From: Nitrospirota bacterium
Lineage (GTDB): Bacteria; Nitrospirota; Thermodesulfovibrionia; Thermodesulfovibrionales; UBA1546
DNA length: 64,000 bases
NCBI GenBank assembly: GCA_021824065.1
Contig: JAKALU010000003.1
Location: 5,553-69,552 of the forward strand
Reading direction: 5' to 3'
Part shown: one piece after another, positions 16,494-24,129 of the stretch
Position numbering within the stretch: the first letter of the stretch is position 1
Layout of the letters: each line of letters starts with the position of its first letter
Translations under genes and position numbers: made by a program
Notes under the pieces: generated by a model
Seen by the model: only the letters and a program-made list of their open reading frames with translations
Told to the model about the DNA's origin: nothing
The model's database searches: none

Positions 16494-17874
16494 TCAGTCA
16501 GAAGCCGGAAGCCAGAAGTCAGAAAGAATCCAGAGACTATTTACTATTGACTTTAGACTTTTAACTTTGTTTTTGTTGGCTACTGTCTACTGTCTACTGA
16601 CTACTGATGTTTTTGCCCTTGATGTAAACAAAAAACTACTCAATAACGGACTTATTGTCCTGCATTCAGAAAAACACAACATTCCTATAGTTATGGTTAC
16701 TATGATTGTGAAGGCCAGCCCGCTGGATGAACCAAAGGAGAAAGCAGGGCTTGCAAACCTTGTTGCCGAACTCCTTGACGAAGGGACTAAAAACAGAAAG
16801 TCATCAGAGATAAGCGAGGAGATTGAATTTATTGGCGCCTCACTTGGTGCTTCCGCAGGGGGTGACTACACAACCATAACCCTGTCTGTTCTTAAAAAGG
16901 ATGTAGAAAAAGGTTTTGAACTCTTCTCTGACATAGTTTTAAACCCTGTATTTCCCCAGGAAGAACTGGACAGAAAAAGAGAGCTTATAAAAGGCTCTTT
17001 GAAACAGAGAGAAGAGGAGCCGTCTTTTCTTGCAGACCGTGCATTCAAAAAAGAGATTTTTGGAGAGCACCCTTATGGCAGACAGATAGAGGGGACAACA
17101 GAAACCCTTTCAGTAATAAACAGAGAAGACCTCATAAAATTTCACCAAAAATATTTTATTCCGAATAATGCAATACTCTCGGTTGTCGGAGACCTGACTC
17201 CTGATGAATTGAATTCATTGATTAAAAAATATCTCGGCTCGTGGAAAATTGCTGAAATGCCAGAAAAACAGATAAACCCTATGCCTGAAGAAAAAACAAA
17301 AAAGGTTATAAAAATAGAAAAAGACGTCACACAGGCGAATATAATCATCGGGCACCTCGGCATCAGCAGAGATAACCCGGACTACTACGCTGTTTCTGTT
17401 ATGAACTACATACTCGGAGGCGGGGGTTTTTCATCAAGGCTTATGCAAAGGATAAGGGATGACATGGGTCTTGCATACGATGTGCACAGTTTTTTTGCGC
17501 CGGGCAAAGAAAAAGGCGTATTTCAGGCAGGGGTTCAGACAAAGAATGAATCAGCAAATACAGCTATTACAGAGATAATAAAACAGATAGAAAGGATCAG
17601 AAAAGAGGAGGTATCGGATATAGAACTCGCCGATGCAAAGGCTTATCTCACAGGGAGTTTTCCAAGGAGGCTTGACACTAACAGAAAGATTGCAGACTTT
17701 CTTGCGACCATTGAATTCTATAACCTCGGGCTTGATTATGCAGAAAAATATCCCTCATATATAAATAGCGTGACAAAAGAGGATGTGTTAAGGGTTGCTA
17801 AAAAATACCTCGCCCCTGAAAACTTTGTTCTTGTTGTTGTGGCCAACCAGAAAAAGGCAGAATTGAAATATTAG
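16483..17874 (+). CDS. M16 family peptidase, non-catalytic (no HxxEH) partner subunit
   Basis: 463 aa with M16 fold signatures but no HxxEH motif. Overlaps the upstream gene by 11 nt. The N-terminus is encoded by heptamer arrays. Confidence 0.8.
   Translation: MKSNQSEAGSQKSERIQRLFTIDFRLLTLFLLATVYCLLTTDVFALDVNKKLLNNGLIVLHSEKHNIPIVMVTMIVKASPLDEPKEKAGLANLVAELLDEGTKNRKSSEISEEIEFIGASLGASAGGDYTTITLSVLKKDVEKGFELFSDIVLNPVFPQEELDRKRELIKGSLKQREEEPSFLADRAFKKEIFGEHPYGRQIEGTTETLSVINREDLIKFHQKYFIPNNAILSVVGDLTPDELNSLIKKYLGSWKIAEMPEKQINPMPEEKTKKVIKIEKDVTQANIIIGHLGISRDNPDYYAVSVMNYILGGGGFSSRLMQRIRDDMGLAYDVHSFFAPGKEKGVFQAGVQTKNESANTAITEIIKQIERIRKEEVSDIELADAKAYLTGSFPRRLDTNRKIADFLATIEFYNLGLDYAEKYPSYINSVTKEDVLRVAKKYLAPENFVLVVVANQKKAELKY
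16497..16607. repeat. Two 4x7-nt word arrays: GTCAGAA GCCGGAA GCCAGAA GTCAGAA (16497-16524) and CTACTGT CTACTGT CTACTGA CTACTGA (16580-16607)
   Basis: Read directly from the sequence. Both lie in the first 125 nt of the second M16 ORF. Confidence 0.85.
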
Positions 17875-17928
17875 AATTTTTCTCTCACCGGTGACCATGC
17901 ATCTACAAATTACAGGACTTATTACCTT

Positions 17929-18846
17929 TTATTTCTTCAGATATTTCATCTGGATATTTGCTTTAATAAGCATCTCTCCCTCGGCCCTTGCAGGCAGGAC
18001 TTTTTTAATTTCATAAAATATGCGCTCACCATCATTTGATTTTGCGCTTAATTTTCTGGCGTTTTTATCAAATGCAATAAGATAATTTTTCATGTCAGCA
18101 ATGTCCCTCTTGCTCGAAATCGGCCCATGCCCCGGGATAATAGTTGAAACATCCATCTTCATAATGTAAGCAAGGACTTTAACCCAGCTTTTTATGTCTC
18201 CGTCTGCAATGAATGGATGGTAACCGGTAAAAAGCACATCTCCTGAGAATAATATCTTTTTGTCAGGCAGATAAATGAGTATGCTTCCGGCTGTATGAGA
18301 GGGGCCGGGATAAATAAGCTCAATCTTCTGATCGCCTAAATCTATCTCCAATTTATCGCTGAACGACAGTTGGGGATAAGCGATTTTTGTCCCCTCCATA
18401 TCTTTTTCAGTAAGACCATAAACAGATGCATTTTTTAGCGTTGCCTCACCGTTTTTCTGCAGGCTTTTACTATCATTCGCCTGAGAAATGATTATTGCCC
18501 CGAGCTTTATGAATTCTGAATTGCCGAAAGTATGGTCGAGGTGATAGTGCGTGTTGATTACATATTTAATCGGCTTACCAGAAATCTTCCGAATATCACT
18601 TATGAACCTCTGCGCTTCTTTTGCAGATGTAAGCGTATCAACAACAACAATCCCATCTTTACCGATAATAATTCCGGCATTTGCGCCGAAGCTATTTTGA
18701 GGTGAAGAGCCTTTTATATCTGCATATGCGTAGACATTGTCTGCTATCTTTGTTAGACCACCGTCGGCAAACGCTTTATCGCTAAAAATTGAAAGACTTA
18801 TAAATACAAATACTAAAATTCCAAAACCAATTAGTCTCCTTATCAC
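17929..18846 (-). CDS. Secreted MBL-fold metallo-hydrolase
   Basis: 305 aa with a signal peptide and the HYHLDH (HxHxDH) motif. Confidence 0.85.
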   Translation of the reverse strand: MIRRLIGFGILVFVFISLSIFSDKAFADGGLTKIADNVYAYADIKGSSPQNSFGANAGIIIGKDGIVVVDTLTSAKEAQRFISDIRKISGKPIKYVINTHYHLDHTFGNSEFIKLGAIIISQANDSKSLQKNGEATLKNASVYGLTEKDMEGTKIAYPQLSFSDKLEIDLGDQKIELIYPGPSHTAGSILIYLPDKKILFSGDVLFTGYHPFIADGDIKSWVKVLAYIMKMDVSTIIPGHGPISSKRDIADMKNYLIAFDKNARKLSAKSNDGERIFYEIKKVLPARAEGEMLIKANIQMKYLKK

Positions 18847-18858
18847 ATTATCCTCCTT

Positions 18859-19119
18859 TTATTCCACAATCCATTCTTTAATCCATTTGCTCTCAAGAAG
18901 ATTTTGGGCAACAAATGGGTCGTTGTTCGCAATCCTTGTTGCCTCTTCGATGCTTTCCGCCTCGAAAGTAATTATCCCTCCAGACCCGTCGGCAAAAGGC
19001 CCGCCGAGATATTTGTTTAATTTTAGGTTATGCCAATACTCAATATGCAACGGCACAGCAGCCTTAATCTTCTCCGGTTCCCTCTTCATGAAATAAAAGA
19101 ACACAAACTGTTTTCCCAT
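18859..19119 (-). CDS. YciI-like family protein
   Basis: 86 aa. The pattern HIEYWH...GGPFADGSGGIITFEAESIEEA..IANNDPF is typical of YCII-related domains. Confidence 0.6.
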   Translation of the reverse strand: MGKQFVFFYFMKREPEKIKAAVPLHIEYWHNLKLNKYLGGPFADGSGGIITFEAESIEEATRIANNDPFVAQNLLESKWIKEWIVE

Positions 19120-19143
19120 ATTATCCTCCTGATGAAAATTCTC

Positions 19144-19380
19144 CTAAATCGCCCCTCTTGCTTTCAGTTCTTTTTCAATCTCTTTAATCTCCTCGTTATA
19201 TTTTTTGCATTCGTCTTCGAATTCGATTTGTATATTCTGCGCCTTCTCTGAGCCGATATGAACCGAGGTCTTTCCGAATGTGAATGAATGCATGTCCTCC
19301 AGATCGCACAGGTTGTCTTTGAGCCGTTTTAGCTCTGCTTTTAGTTCTTCTACCGTCAAATAATTTAGTCTGTTATCCAT
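19144..19380 (-). CDS. Hypothetical coiled-coil protein
   Basis: 78-aa charged, heptad-rich ORF in an operon-like run with its neighbours. Confidence 0.4.
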   Translation of the reverse strand: MDNRLNYLTVEELKAELKRLKDNLCDLEDMHSFTFGKTSVHIGSEKAQNIQIEFEDECKKYNEEIKEIEKELKARGAI

Positions 19381-19391
19381 CTCAAATATCC

Positions 19392-19835
19392 TTAGTATAA
19401 CTCTACAAACTCTTTCGGTGAAAAATTAGTTTTCATTGTCCAGATCGTTGCCATACCCTTTTTTATCCGGTAAACAGCTAAAGGTTCATATCCTGCCTGC
19501 TCTACCCATGGTTTTAAAAAATCACGTTTTTGAACAATCTCCTTTTTTAATTCAATATCTTCCACTGGTTCAACCTTGCCGCTCACCCTTATCTGAATAA
19601 GATTTTCGAAATTGCCATTATTAAAACACATCTCCACATTCGGATTTTCTGTCAACTGTCTGTGCAGGTCTTTCATCTTTCCTGTATGAAAGATTATGCC
19701 GTTCTCATCTGCACGATAGAGCAGTATGCCGCGCACATGGGGCTTATCTCCCTCAACGGTCGCCAGATGGAATGCAGGATTGGCATTCAGGAATTCAAAT
19801 ATTTCGCTTTTGTTCATTGTAAATTCTCCTTTCAA
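19392..19835 (-). CDS. Pyridoxamine 5'-phosphate oxidase-family FMN-binding protein
   Basis: 147 aa. AFHLATVEGDKPHVRGILLY...GIIFHTGK is typical of the PNPOx-like split barrel. The start may be MNKSE at 19815. Confidence 0.65.
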   Translation of the reverse strand: MKGEFTMNKSEIFEFLNANPAFHLATVEGDKPHVRGILLYRADENGIIFHTGKMKDLHRQLTENPNVEMCFNNGNFENLIQIRVSGKVEPVEDIELKKEIVQKRDFLKPWVEQAGYEPLAVYRIKKGMATIWTMKTNFSPKEFVELY

Positions 19836-19843
19836 GATTTCAT

Positions 19844-20614
19844 TTATTTTTCTCCAAACGCAAAGAGCCTTCTGAAGCTGAATTCGATACCCTTTTCAGT
19901 TCTGTAATTTTCAAAGCCCATTGCAAATGCATATTTAAAGCGCTCCTGCTTTTTCTCAGACAGGGGAGCAAGAAAGGGTCTCAAACCAGCAGACACTCCC
20001 CAGTCGAGCACATCATTTATGTTCTCAAACAAAAGCGTATAATCCCTGTAGAAGGAATTTATTTTTGTAAACCCAGCATTCTTAAGAAATCCCTCCATCT
20101 CTTCTTTCAAAGGGAATCTCCATGGCGATTCCATTTTTTTATATTTTGATTCCAGTCCGAGCGCAGATATCGCGCTGTGGATATTCTCCATCATTGCCCA
20201 GCAGAAGTCCTTTGCCGGAAGCTGGACAGCAATCCTTCCGTTTTTCCTTAGCGCTTTAAATGAACGCACAATCACGTCTTCCTGCTCTTTTACCCACTGA
20301 AGCGCAGAATTAGAATACACAATATCAAACTCGTCTTTGAAATCCATTTTCTGAGCAGGGGTCTGCATAAGCGATATATTACCAAATGATGTGGTTGTCT
20401 CCTTCGCTTTATTCACCATCTCAGGAGATGGGTCAATGCCCATGACCCTGCCATTATGCGCGAGGCGCGCAAGCTCGCACGTAAGCCATCCTGTGCCGCA
20501 GCCGATGTCGAGTATTGAATCGCTTGCTTTTACAGAAGCCATTTCAATAAGCTCCATCCCTGCATCTGTCTGCGGTGATTTTGCAGAATCGTAAATCTCA
20601 GCATCCCATCTCAT
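19844..20614 (-). CDS. Class I SAM-dependent methyltransferase (Tam-like)
   Basis: 256 aa. Motif I is ILDIGCGTGWLT. The N-terminal W.AEIYD resembles trans-aconitate methyltransferase. Confidence 0.75.
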   Translation of the reverse strand: MRWDAEIYDSAKSPQTDAGMELIEMASVKASDSILDIGCGTGWLTCELARLAHNGRVMGIDPSPEMVNKAKETTTSFGNISLMQTPAQKMDFKDEFDIVYSNSALQWVKEQEDVIVRSFKALRKNGRIAVQLPAKDFCWAMMENIHSAISALGLESKYKKMESPWRFPLKEEMEGFLKNAGFTKINSFYRDYTLLFENINDVLDWGVSAGLRPFLAPLSEKKQERFKYAFAMGFENYRTEKGIEFSFRRLFAFGEK

Positions 20615-20643
20615 AACACACCTCCAAAATAGATATTAAATTT

Positions 20644-20776
20644 AAAACAATGGGCATGGCATTTGAGCGGTTTTTTTGACCGCAATTCCTACAGAAAAAA
20701 ATAATAAGAGCGAGGCAAAACCTCGGAGGTCGCCGAGGCGACCGAGAATGAGCGAAAATGCTATACCCATTGTTTT
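20644..20776. repeat. MITE-like element, TIR family CAA(T)GGGYATGGYATT, copy A
   Basis: Left TIR AAAACAATGGGCATGGCATT (20644-20663) matches the reverse complement of the right TIR AATGCTATACCCATTGTTTT (20757-20776) at 18/20. The core shares CGCTCATTCTCGG and GAGG.TTTTGCCT with 29705-29864 in inverted orientation. Confidence 0.65.
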
Positions 20777-20790
20777 CATCTCCATGAACT

Positions 20791-20824
20791 AAAATAAAAA
20801 GGCCACGGGGTTTATTCCGTGGCC
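20791..20824 (-). terminator. Rho-independent terminator (minus strand)
   Basis: GGCCACGG-ggtttatt-CCGTGGCC hairpin (20801-20824). On the minus strand it is followed by TTTTTATTTT (20791-20800). Confidence 0.65.
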
Positions 20825-20943
20825 TTTGAAGTTTTTCTATGTTATCCGACTAACAGTTAATAGAATCCCCCTTCAGCCACGGCACCTATATGCCATGGAT
20901 TCCTAAGGACGGCCTTATTAATTGTCATCAGATTGTAAAACAT
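20791..20943 (-). ncRNA. Candidate sRNA of about 150 nt, or a leaderless micro-ORF transcript
   Basis: Bounded by a near-consensus promoter (20950-20978) and the terminator (20791-20824). An internal CCATGGCA/TGCCGTGG stem is nested in GAATCC/GGATTC. No family was recognised. Confidence 0.35.
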
Positions 20944-20949
20944 GCTTTA

Positions 20950-20978
20950 AATATACGACTTGATTAGATTTGTGTCAA
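20950..20978 (-). promoter_or_regulatory. Sigma-70-type promoter: TTGACA-N17-TATATT (minus strand)
   Basis: The reverse complement of 20973-20978 is TTGACA. A 17-nt spacer follows, and the reverse complement of 20950-20955 is TATATT. Confidence 0.55.
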
Positions 20979-21097
20979 GAAAAAATTGAAATTTATCATT
21001 GGTGGCAATTTTTATTGAAGAGCGGAGAGAAATCCGGGATATTAAACCTGATTTTGTCCCTCCGAACTTTCTTGTGCATTAACATTTCCATTATTTG

Positions 21098-21125
21098 TTG
21101 TAAATCTATACATATTTTGTATAAT
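21098..21125 (+). promoter_or_regulatory. Promoter for brnTA: TTGTAA-N16-(TG)TATAAT, only 8 nt before the ATG, implying a leaderless mRNA
   Basis: TTGTAA at 21098-21103, extended -10 tgTATAAT at 21118-21125, ATG at 21134. Confidence 0.5.
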
Positions 21126-21133
21126 ATAATCAT

Positions 21134-21406
21134 ATGCGATTTGAATGGGACGCGGCCAAAAACAGTGCGAACAGAGTAAAACACGGCATTGATTTTGAAA
21201 CTGCAAAGGGCTTATGGCGTGATGAAAACCGCATTGAAATACAAGCCCCCCATCCTGTGGAAAACAGGCAGATTATTATAGGCAGGATTAAGGAAAAATT
21301 ATGGACAGCAGTATATACGATGCGTGGCAGTAACATCCGTATTATATCTGTAAGACGTTCCAGAAAAAAGGAGGCAGAGTTATATGAAAAAGAAAACGCT
21401 GGCTAA
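21134..21406 (+). CDS. brnT: BrnT family toxin (DUF497)
   Basis: MRFEWDAAKNSANRVKHGIDFETA...IRIISVRRSRKKE is the BrnT signature. Overlaps the downstream antitoxin gene. Confidence 0.85.
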   Translation: MRFEWDAAKNSANRVKHGIDFETAKGLWRDENRIEIQAPHPVENRQIIIGRIKEKLWTAVYTMRGSNIRIISVRRSRKKEAELYEKENAG

Positions 21407-21650
21407 GAGCGCAAAAGAGTTCGACCGCCGTTTTAATGAAGGCGAAGATATCCATGACCTCATAGATATGTCAAAGGCCGTGGTGTTGCATCGCGGCAAG
21501 AAGGTGCGAATTACATTGGATATCTCCGAATCACTGGTCAGGGACATAGACAGCATACGTCAAAAAATAGGCGTAGACAGAGGCGCCTTGATAAAAGTAT
21601 GGCTTCATGAGCGCGTGAAACAGGAGACAGCATCAAACAAGTCAGCATAG
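21384..21650 (+). CDS. brnA: BrnA-type (CopG/RHH-like) antitoxin
   Basis: 88 aa. Overlaps brnT by 23 nt. The C-terminal RITLDISESLVRDID..KIGVDRGALIKVWLHERV is typical of BrnA. Confidence 0.8.
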   Translation: MKKKTLAKSAKEFDRRFNEGEDIHDLIDMSKAVVLHRGKKVRITLDISESLVRDIDSIRQKIGVDRGALIKVWLHERVKQETASNKSA

Positions 21651-21821
21651 GTTTTATCTTTCTGAACTCCACAAAGTGAAAGCGTTGAAGCGAGTGGAAC
21701 TATTTATGCGCGGGATATAGGAAGTATCCCTCGCCCCATACGCTGGGATTAGATTTGCGTCAAGGATTTTTAAAAACATGGGGGGTTGTCCCCCATGTGG
21801 TTTTTCCCCACAGGGTTTTTA

Positions 21822-22172
21822 TCATTGAATGTTGAAATGAGCACCAACATGACTCCGCAAGAAATAACCAAGCAGAACGATGACCATAGTCGTTACAATA
21901 CCAATGATCAGTGCGTATGCCATTCTTCGGATTGAAATTATCTTGTCTTTCTTATCGTTGTCTATTTTTTGACTTATTTTGTCGCTAAATAATTTTTCTC
22001 CAATGAATTCGCCAAGAATCATAGTAGGTAATCCAAAGATGAAAACAATGACCCACCCCGTTATGCTTTTTGGCCAAACGCCGCTGAGTAGCGCAAAAGG
22101 CACACCGATAAAAAGTGAGGCAGCAAGATACATGAAAAAGATTCTGATATAGTTTTGTTTTGTATTATTCAT
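21822..22172 (-). CDS. Hypothetical membrane protein (three or four TM helices)
   Basis: 116-aa hydrophobic ORF with no recognisable motif. Confidence 0.45.
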   Translation of the reverse strand: MNNTKQNYIRIFFMYLAASLFIGVPFALLSGVWPKSITGWVIVFIFGLPTMILGEFIGEKLFSDKISQKIDNDKKDKIISIRRMAYALIIGIVTTMVIVLLGYFLRSHVGAHFNIQ

Positions 22173-22281
22173 TTAGCATTTAACATTATTTTCTATGCCG
22201 CTTGTGTCTTTTTGTAAAAATTTTAGGGGAAATTGTAGATTACGTCAATAGAAATCTCCACCACCGCAGCAAAAGATCTCT

Positions 22282-22354
22282 CCATGTTATAATTCATTCA
22301 GGACTTCTGCATGGACACTATCGAAAAACTTAAAATCCTCTCTGAAGACTCGCG
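22282..22354 (+). repeat. Duplicated copy of the promoter and first 16 codons of the radical SAM gene (orphan copy)
   Basis: CCATGTTATAATTCATTCAGGACTTCTGCATGGACACTATCGAAAAACTTAAAATCCTCTCTGAAGACTCGCGG matches 24058-24129. By eye there are about 5 mismatches plus one 1-nt indel. Confidence 0.8.
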
Positions 22355-22366
22355 GAGAAAGATAGA

Positions 22367-22430
22367 AAGTCAGCAAGCACGAAAGAGCAGAAGTGCAAAA
22401 GTCAAAAGTGCAAAAGAGCGGAAGAGCGGA
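22367..22430. repeat. 8x8-nt word array (AAGTCAGC AAGCACGA AAGAGCAG AAGTGCAA AAGTCAAA AGTGCAAA AGAGCGGA AGAGCGGA)
   Basis: Read directly. Sits upstream of the 22512 gene. Confidence 0.8.
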
Positions 22431-22511
22431 TTCGCAACATATAAAGAACAGTGCTAAGATTATTTTATGTACCTCTGATGTCCGGGCTACACATAAGTAT
22501 CTGGAGAGTTC

Positions 22512-23048
22512 ATGAAGGGATGGAACATCCTTGCAACGGCGCAGCATAGACAGGAACGCTATTTATTCCGCTTCTTGAGTAACCTTGGGGAATTCAGGCA
22601 TTCCGGATATCGGGACGTCATCCTCGGACACGTTGCCGACGTACATGCATTTCTTGATGCACTTGAAGCCATTCGACGGGAAACTCCCGGGAAGCTCCGG
22701 TCACTCGGTCAGATCGTCCCCATAGAGAGGAACTTCCAATTTGAAGTGGCTGATTTCATGGACAAGGCAAAAGAGGCTGTTTCCCCTTTTATCAATCAAT
22801 TGGAGAACACCAGATTTTTTGTCAGAGTTGTGAGAAGGGGGCATAAGGGCGAGATTTCGAGTTTGGAAGCAGAAAAGGAACTCGATGCTTACATCCTAAA
22901 GTCTCTCGAAAGGGACAGAAAGCAGGCAACTGTCAATATCGAGGAGTTTGACAAGATGGTGATTATAGAGACCGTCGAAAATCTCGCGGGGGCCGGCCTC
23001 ATCACAAGGGAAATGAAGGGGAAATACTCCTTTATCAAGATAAAGTAA
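22512..23048 (+). CDS. Hypothetical protein, possibly THUMP-domain-like
   Basis: 178 aa. The pattern N-terminal WNILAT..., then FFVRVVRRGHKG, then MVIIETVENLAGAGLI resembles small THUMP proteins. Called from memory only. Confidence 0.4.
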   Translation: MKGWNILATAQHRQERYLFRFLSNLGEFRHSGYRDVILGHVADVHAFLDALEAIRRETPGKLRSLGQIVPIERNFQFEVADFMDKAKEAVSPFINQLENTRFFVRVVRRGHKGEISSLEAEKELDAYILKSLERDRKQATVNIEEFDKMVIIETVENLAGAGLITREMKGKYSFIKIK

Positions 23049-23094
23049 GTGGAAGCGTCAGAGCATCAAAGGGTCAGAGGGCAAGCGGAGTAGA
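23047..23094. repeat. 6x8-nt word array (AAGTGGAA GCGTCAGA GCATCAAA GGGTCAGA GGGCAAGC GGAGTAGA)
   Basis: Read directly. Starts at the stop codon of the 22512-23048 gene. Confidence 0.75.
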
Positions 23095-23147
23095 AATTTG
23101 ATAAAATTTGCGTTGCCCGTCTTATATTAATAAGGTAAGATGAAATC

Positions 23148-23843
23148 ATGAATAAGACAGAGCGGTTTGCATTCCTATTAGGTGTAATTGCGCTGTGTGC
23201 AGGGATTGTATCCATCATCCCGCTGCTTGCAGATGCAGGATCTGAGTCAGAGATAATAAAACTGCCTGCGCCCAGATATGATGGTGATACTTCAATCGAA
23301 GAGACCCTGCATAAAAGAAGGTCTATTAGAGATTACAAAGACGAGCCATTAACACTCGCTGAGGTCTCACAGCTTCTCTGGGCTGCACAGGGCATTACAG
23401 ATCCGAGAGGTCTCAGAGCCGCTCCTTCTGCAGGGGCACTATACCCCCTTGAACTTTACGTTGTTGCCGGAAATGTGAATGGCCTCTCAGATGGGATTTA
23501 TAAGTACAGGCCTCACAATCATGACCTGTTGAGGGTTGCAAAGGGCGACAGGAGAATTGAACTATGTGATGCAGCAATCGGCCAGCCCTGCGTCAGAAAT
23601 GCCCCTGTAATTATAGTCTTCTCCGCAGTATATGAAAGGACAACTATGAAATATGGAGGAAGGGGCATAAGGTATGTGCATATGGAAGCCGGTCATGCAG
23701 CCCAGAATATTTATCTCCAGGCAGTCTCTCTAAATCTCGGGGTGGTAGCTATAGGGGCTTTTAATGATAACGCGGTGAAAAGGGTTGTGAAGATGTCAGA
23801 TAAAGAACAGCCGCTCTGCATAATGCCTGCTGGCAGGAGATAG
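23148..23843 (+). CDS. SagB/ThcOx-type nitroreductase-family dehydrogenase with an N-terminal membrane anchor
   Basis: 231 aa. Contains RRSIRDY, LSQLLWAAQG, APSAGALYPLELY and GIYKYRPHNHDL. Confidence 0.8.
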   Translation: MNKTERFAFLLGVIALCAGIVSIIPLLADAGSESEIIKLPAPRYDGDTSIEETLHKRRSIRDYKDEPLTLAEVSQLLWAAQGITDPRGLRAAPSAGALYPLELYVVAGNVNGLSDGIYKYRPHNHDLLRVAKGDRRIELCDAAIGQPCVRNAPVIIVFSAVYERTTMKYGGRGIRYVHMEAGHAAQNIYLQAVSLNLGVVAIGAFNDNAVKRVVKMSDKEQPLCIMPAGRR

Positions 23844-24057
23844 AAACAGGCATCCTTATTTCAGGAGATAGAAACAGGCATCCTTATTTATTGTTCAATA
23901 GTGCATTCCTCAAGAGACTTGTCATATCTTATCATCTCGAATCTCGGCAGAACCCATTGAGGTGACTGTAAGCGAATATCTTGAGCGCATCCGTTCTCAG
24001 CAGGAATGCTGGCGGGCTGAACAAAGAGGCCGAGGACGTCCTATCAAATACCATCAC

Positions 24058-24129
24058 CCATGTTATAATCATTCAGGACTTCCAATGGACACTATCGAAA
24101 AACTCAAAATCCTCTCTGAAGACTCCCGG
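24058..24129 (+). repeat. Resident copy of the 72-bp segment duplicated at 22282-22354 (contains TATAAT and the true start of the radical SAM gene)
   Basis: See 22282-22354. Confidence 0.8.

Noticed and set aside
22287-22547. 86-aa minus-strand ORF, and the plus-strand MDTIEKLKILSEDSRRKIESQQARKS... frame, as real genes
   Set aside because: The plus-strand frame is the duplicated 5' end of the radical SAM gene running into an octamer word array. The minus-strand ORF is its antisense shadow. Neither resembles a protein family.
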